A stretch of 64,000 bases of DNA from Carcharhinus amblyrhynchos (lineage: Eukaryota): assembly GCA_965287045.1 (NCBI GenBank), contig OZ336884.1:45756001-45820000 (forward strand), in the 5' to 3' direction. Both the position numbers and the translations under genes were made by a program. This document shows positions 63,138 through 64,000 of the stretch, in pieces. Position 1 is the first letter of the stretch. Each line of letters opens with the position of its first letter. A model generated the notes under the pieces. That model worked only from the letters and a program-made list of their open reading frames with translations. It was not told the DNA's origin and ran no database searches.

Positions 63138-63285
63138 CTAGAGTACTGTGTGCAGTTTTGGTCACCCCACTATAGAAAAAAATTCCAGTGCTGGGAAATA
63201 GGATCAGAGTAGGTCTGTGCTTGATGGCCAGCGTAGACACAATGGGCCCAAGGATTTCTTTTTGTGCTGTAGAACTCCACAATAC
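63138..63285 (+). mobile_element. CR1 fragments in the opposite orientation
   Basis: ctagagtactgtgtgcagttttggtcacc (LEYCVQFWSP), then 3' UTR gacacaatgggcccaagg...tgtgctgta. Confidence 0.7.
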
Positions 63286-63756
63286 CATGACTCTTTTGCT
63301 CAGTTGTTGGATTCCACATGACCTTGAAGAAAAATGGCCAGTTGCTCTATGAAAGAATTGTTCAGAATAATAATCCACCTTCTCTGTTCCTCTTCTCTCT
63401 GGATGCCTCTATGTGATGATTCATTTAGATCTATAGAGCTGCTCTGTGAAGGACTATGGAAGTAGGGTTGGCCTTTGAAAGGACAGTGGTCCGAACACTG
63501 TTGAAATTTTCTTGGGAAATCTATTGAAGCAGGAGATTCTAACAGGAGAATTTGGCTTTGGTTAGCTGGTAGTTGGCAATTTCCACTAAACAGCTAAGGT
63601 ATATGAGTAATGGACTCTGCTGCATGACTGTCAATGCAGGTTGAAATGCGCAGTTTTAGAAAGCTGTAACAGTGCAGCAACATCCAAAGTGTCCTGCCTC
63701 AATCTTCATCGATCAGTTAAAGTGAGTGACTGAAGGATTTTTTTTCCCTATGTTAC

Positions 63757-63990
63757 TTCACTGAATGCGGGCATTACTGGCAAGGCAAGCAGTTGCCCCT
63801 GAACTGAGTGGCTTGCTTGGACAGGTAAGAGGGCAGGTAAGAATAAACCACATTGCTGAGGGTCTGGAGTCACATGTAGACCAGCCAGTGACAGATGGCA
63901 GATTTATTTGCACATAAAGTTTTAGTGAACCAGATAGGTTGGTACAACAATCAGTGCTAGTTGTCTCAATTTCCACTACTGAGATTAGCT
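63757..63990 (-). mobile_element. SINE of the 13135 family
   Basis: gaactgagtggcttg...cacattgctg...ctggagtcacatgtag...gatggcagattt...ttagtgaaccagat. Confidence 0.8.
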
Positions 63991-64000
63991 TTGATATTCC

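Overview
Eukaryotic, AT-rich, repeat-dense DNA. The repeat complement (HE1-like V-SINEs, Deu-domain SINE, CR1, L2, Rex/Babar, Gypsy, Penelope-like ends, Harbinger relics) points to a cartilaginous fish (shark); this is inference, not a database result. I recognise no host protein-coding exon, rRNA, tRNA gene or CRISPR array, so the window looks intronic or intergenic. Most ORFs in the track are chance ORFs or retroelement fragments. Best-supported structures: (1) a decayed but architecturally complete Gypsy LTR element (~19010-22815) with two LTRs, tRNA-Leu PBS, PPT and gag/RT/RNaseH/IN relics; (2) two young CR1 3' fragments, one inside a three-level nested insertion; (3) a family of tiny Penelope-like (PLE) insertions at 6.5, 27.6, 27.8, 37.4, 53.0 and 61.9 kb. 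Four of these are fold-back hairpins with target-site duplications, and three carry minimal hammerhead ribozyme motifs whose stems change sequence while keeping base pairing. Old-repeat boundaries are approximate (read by eye).
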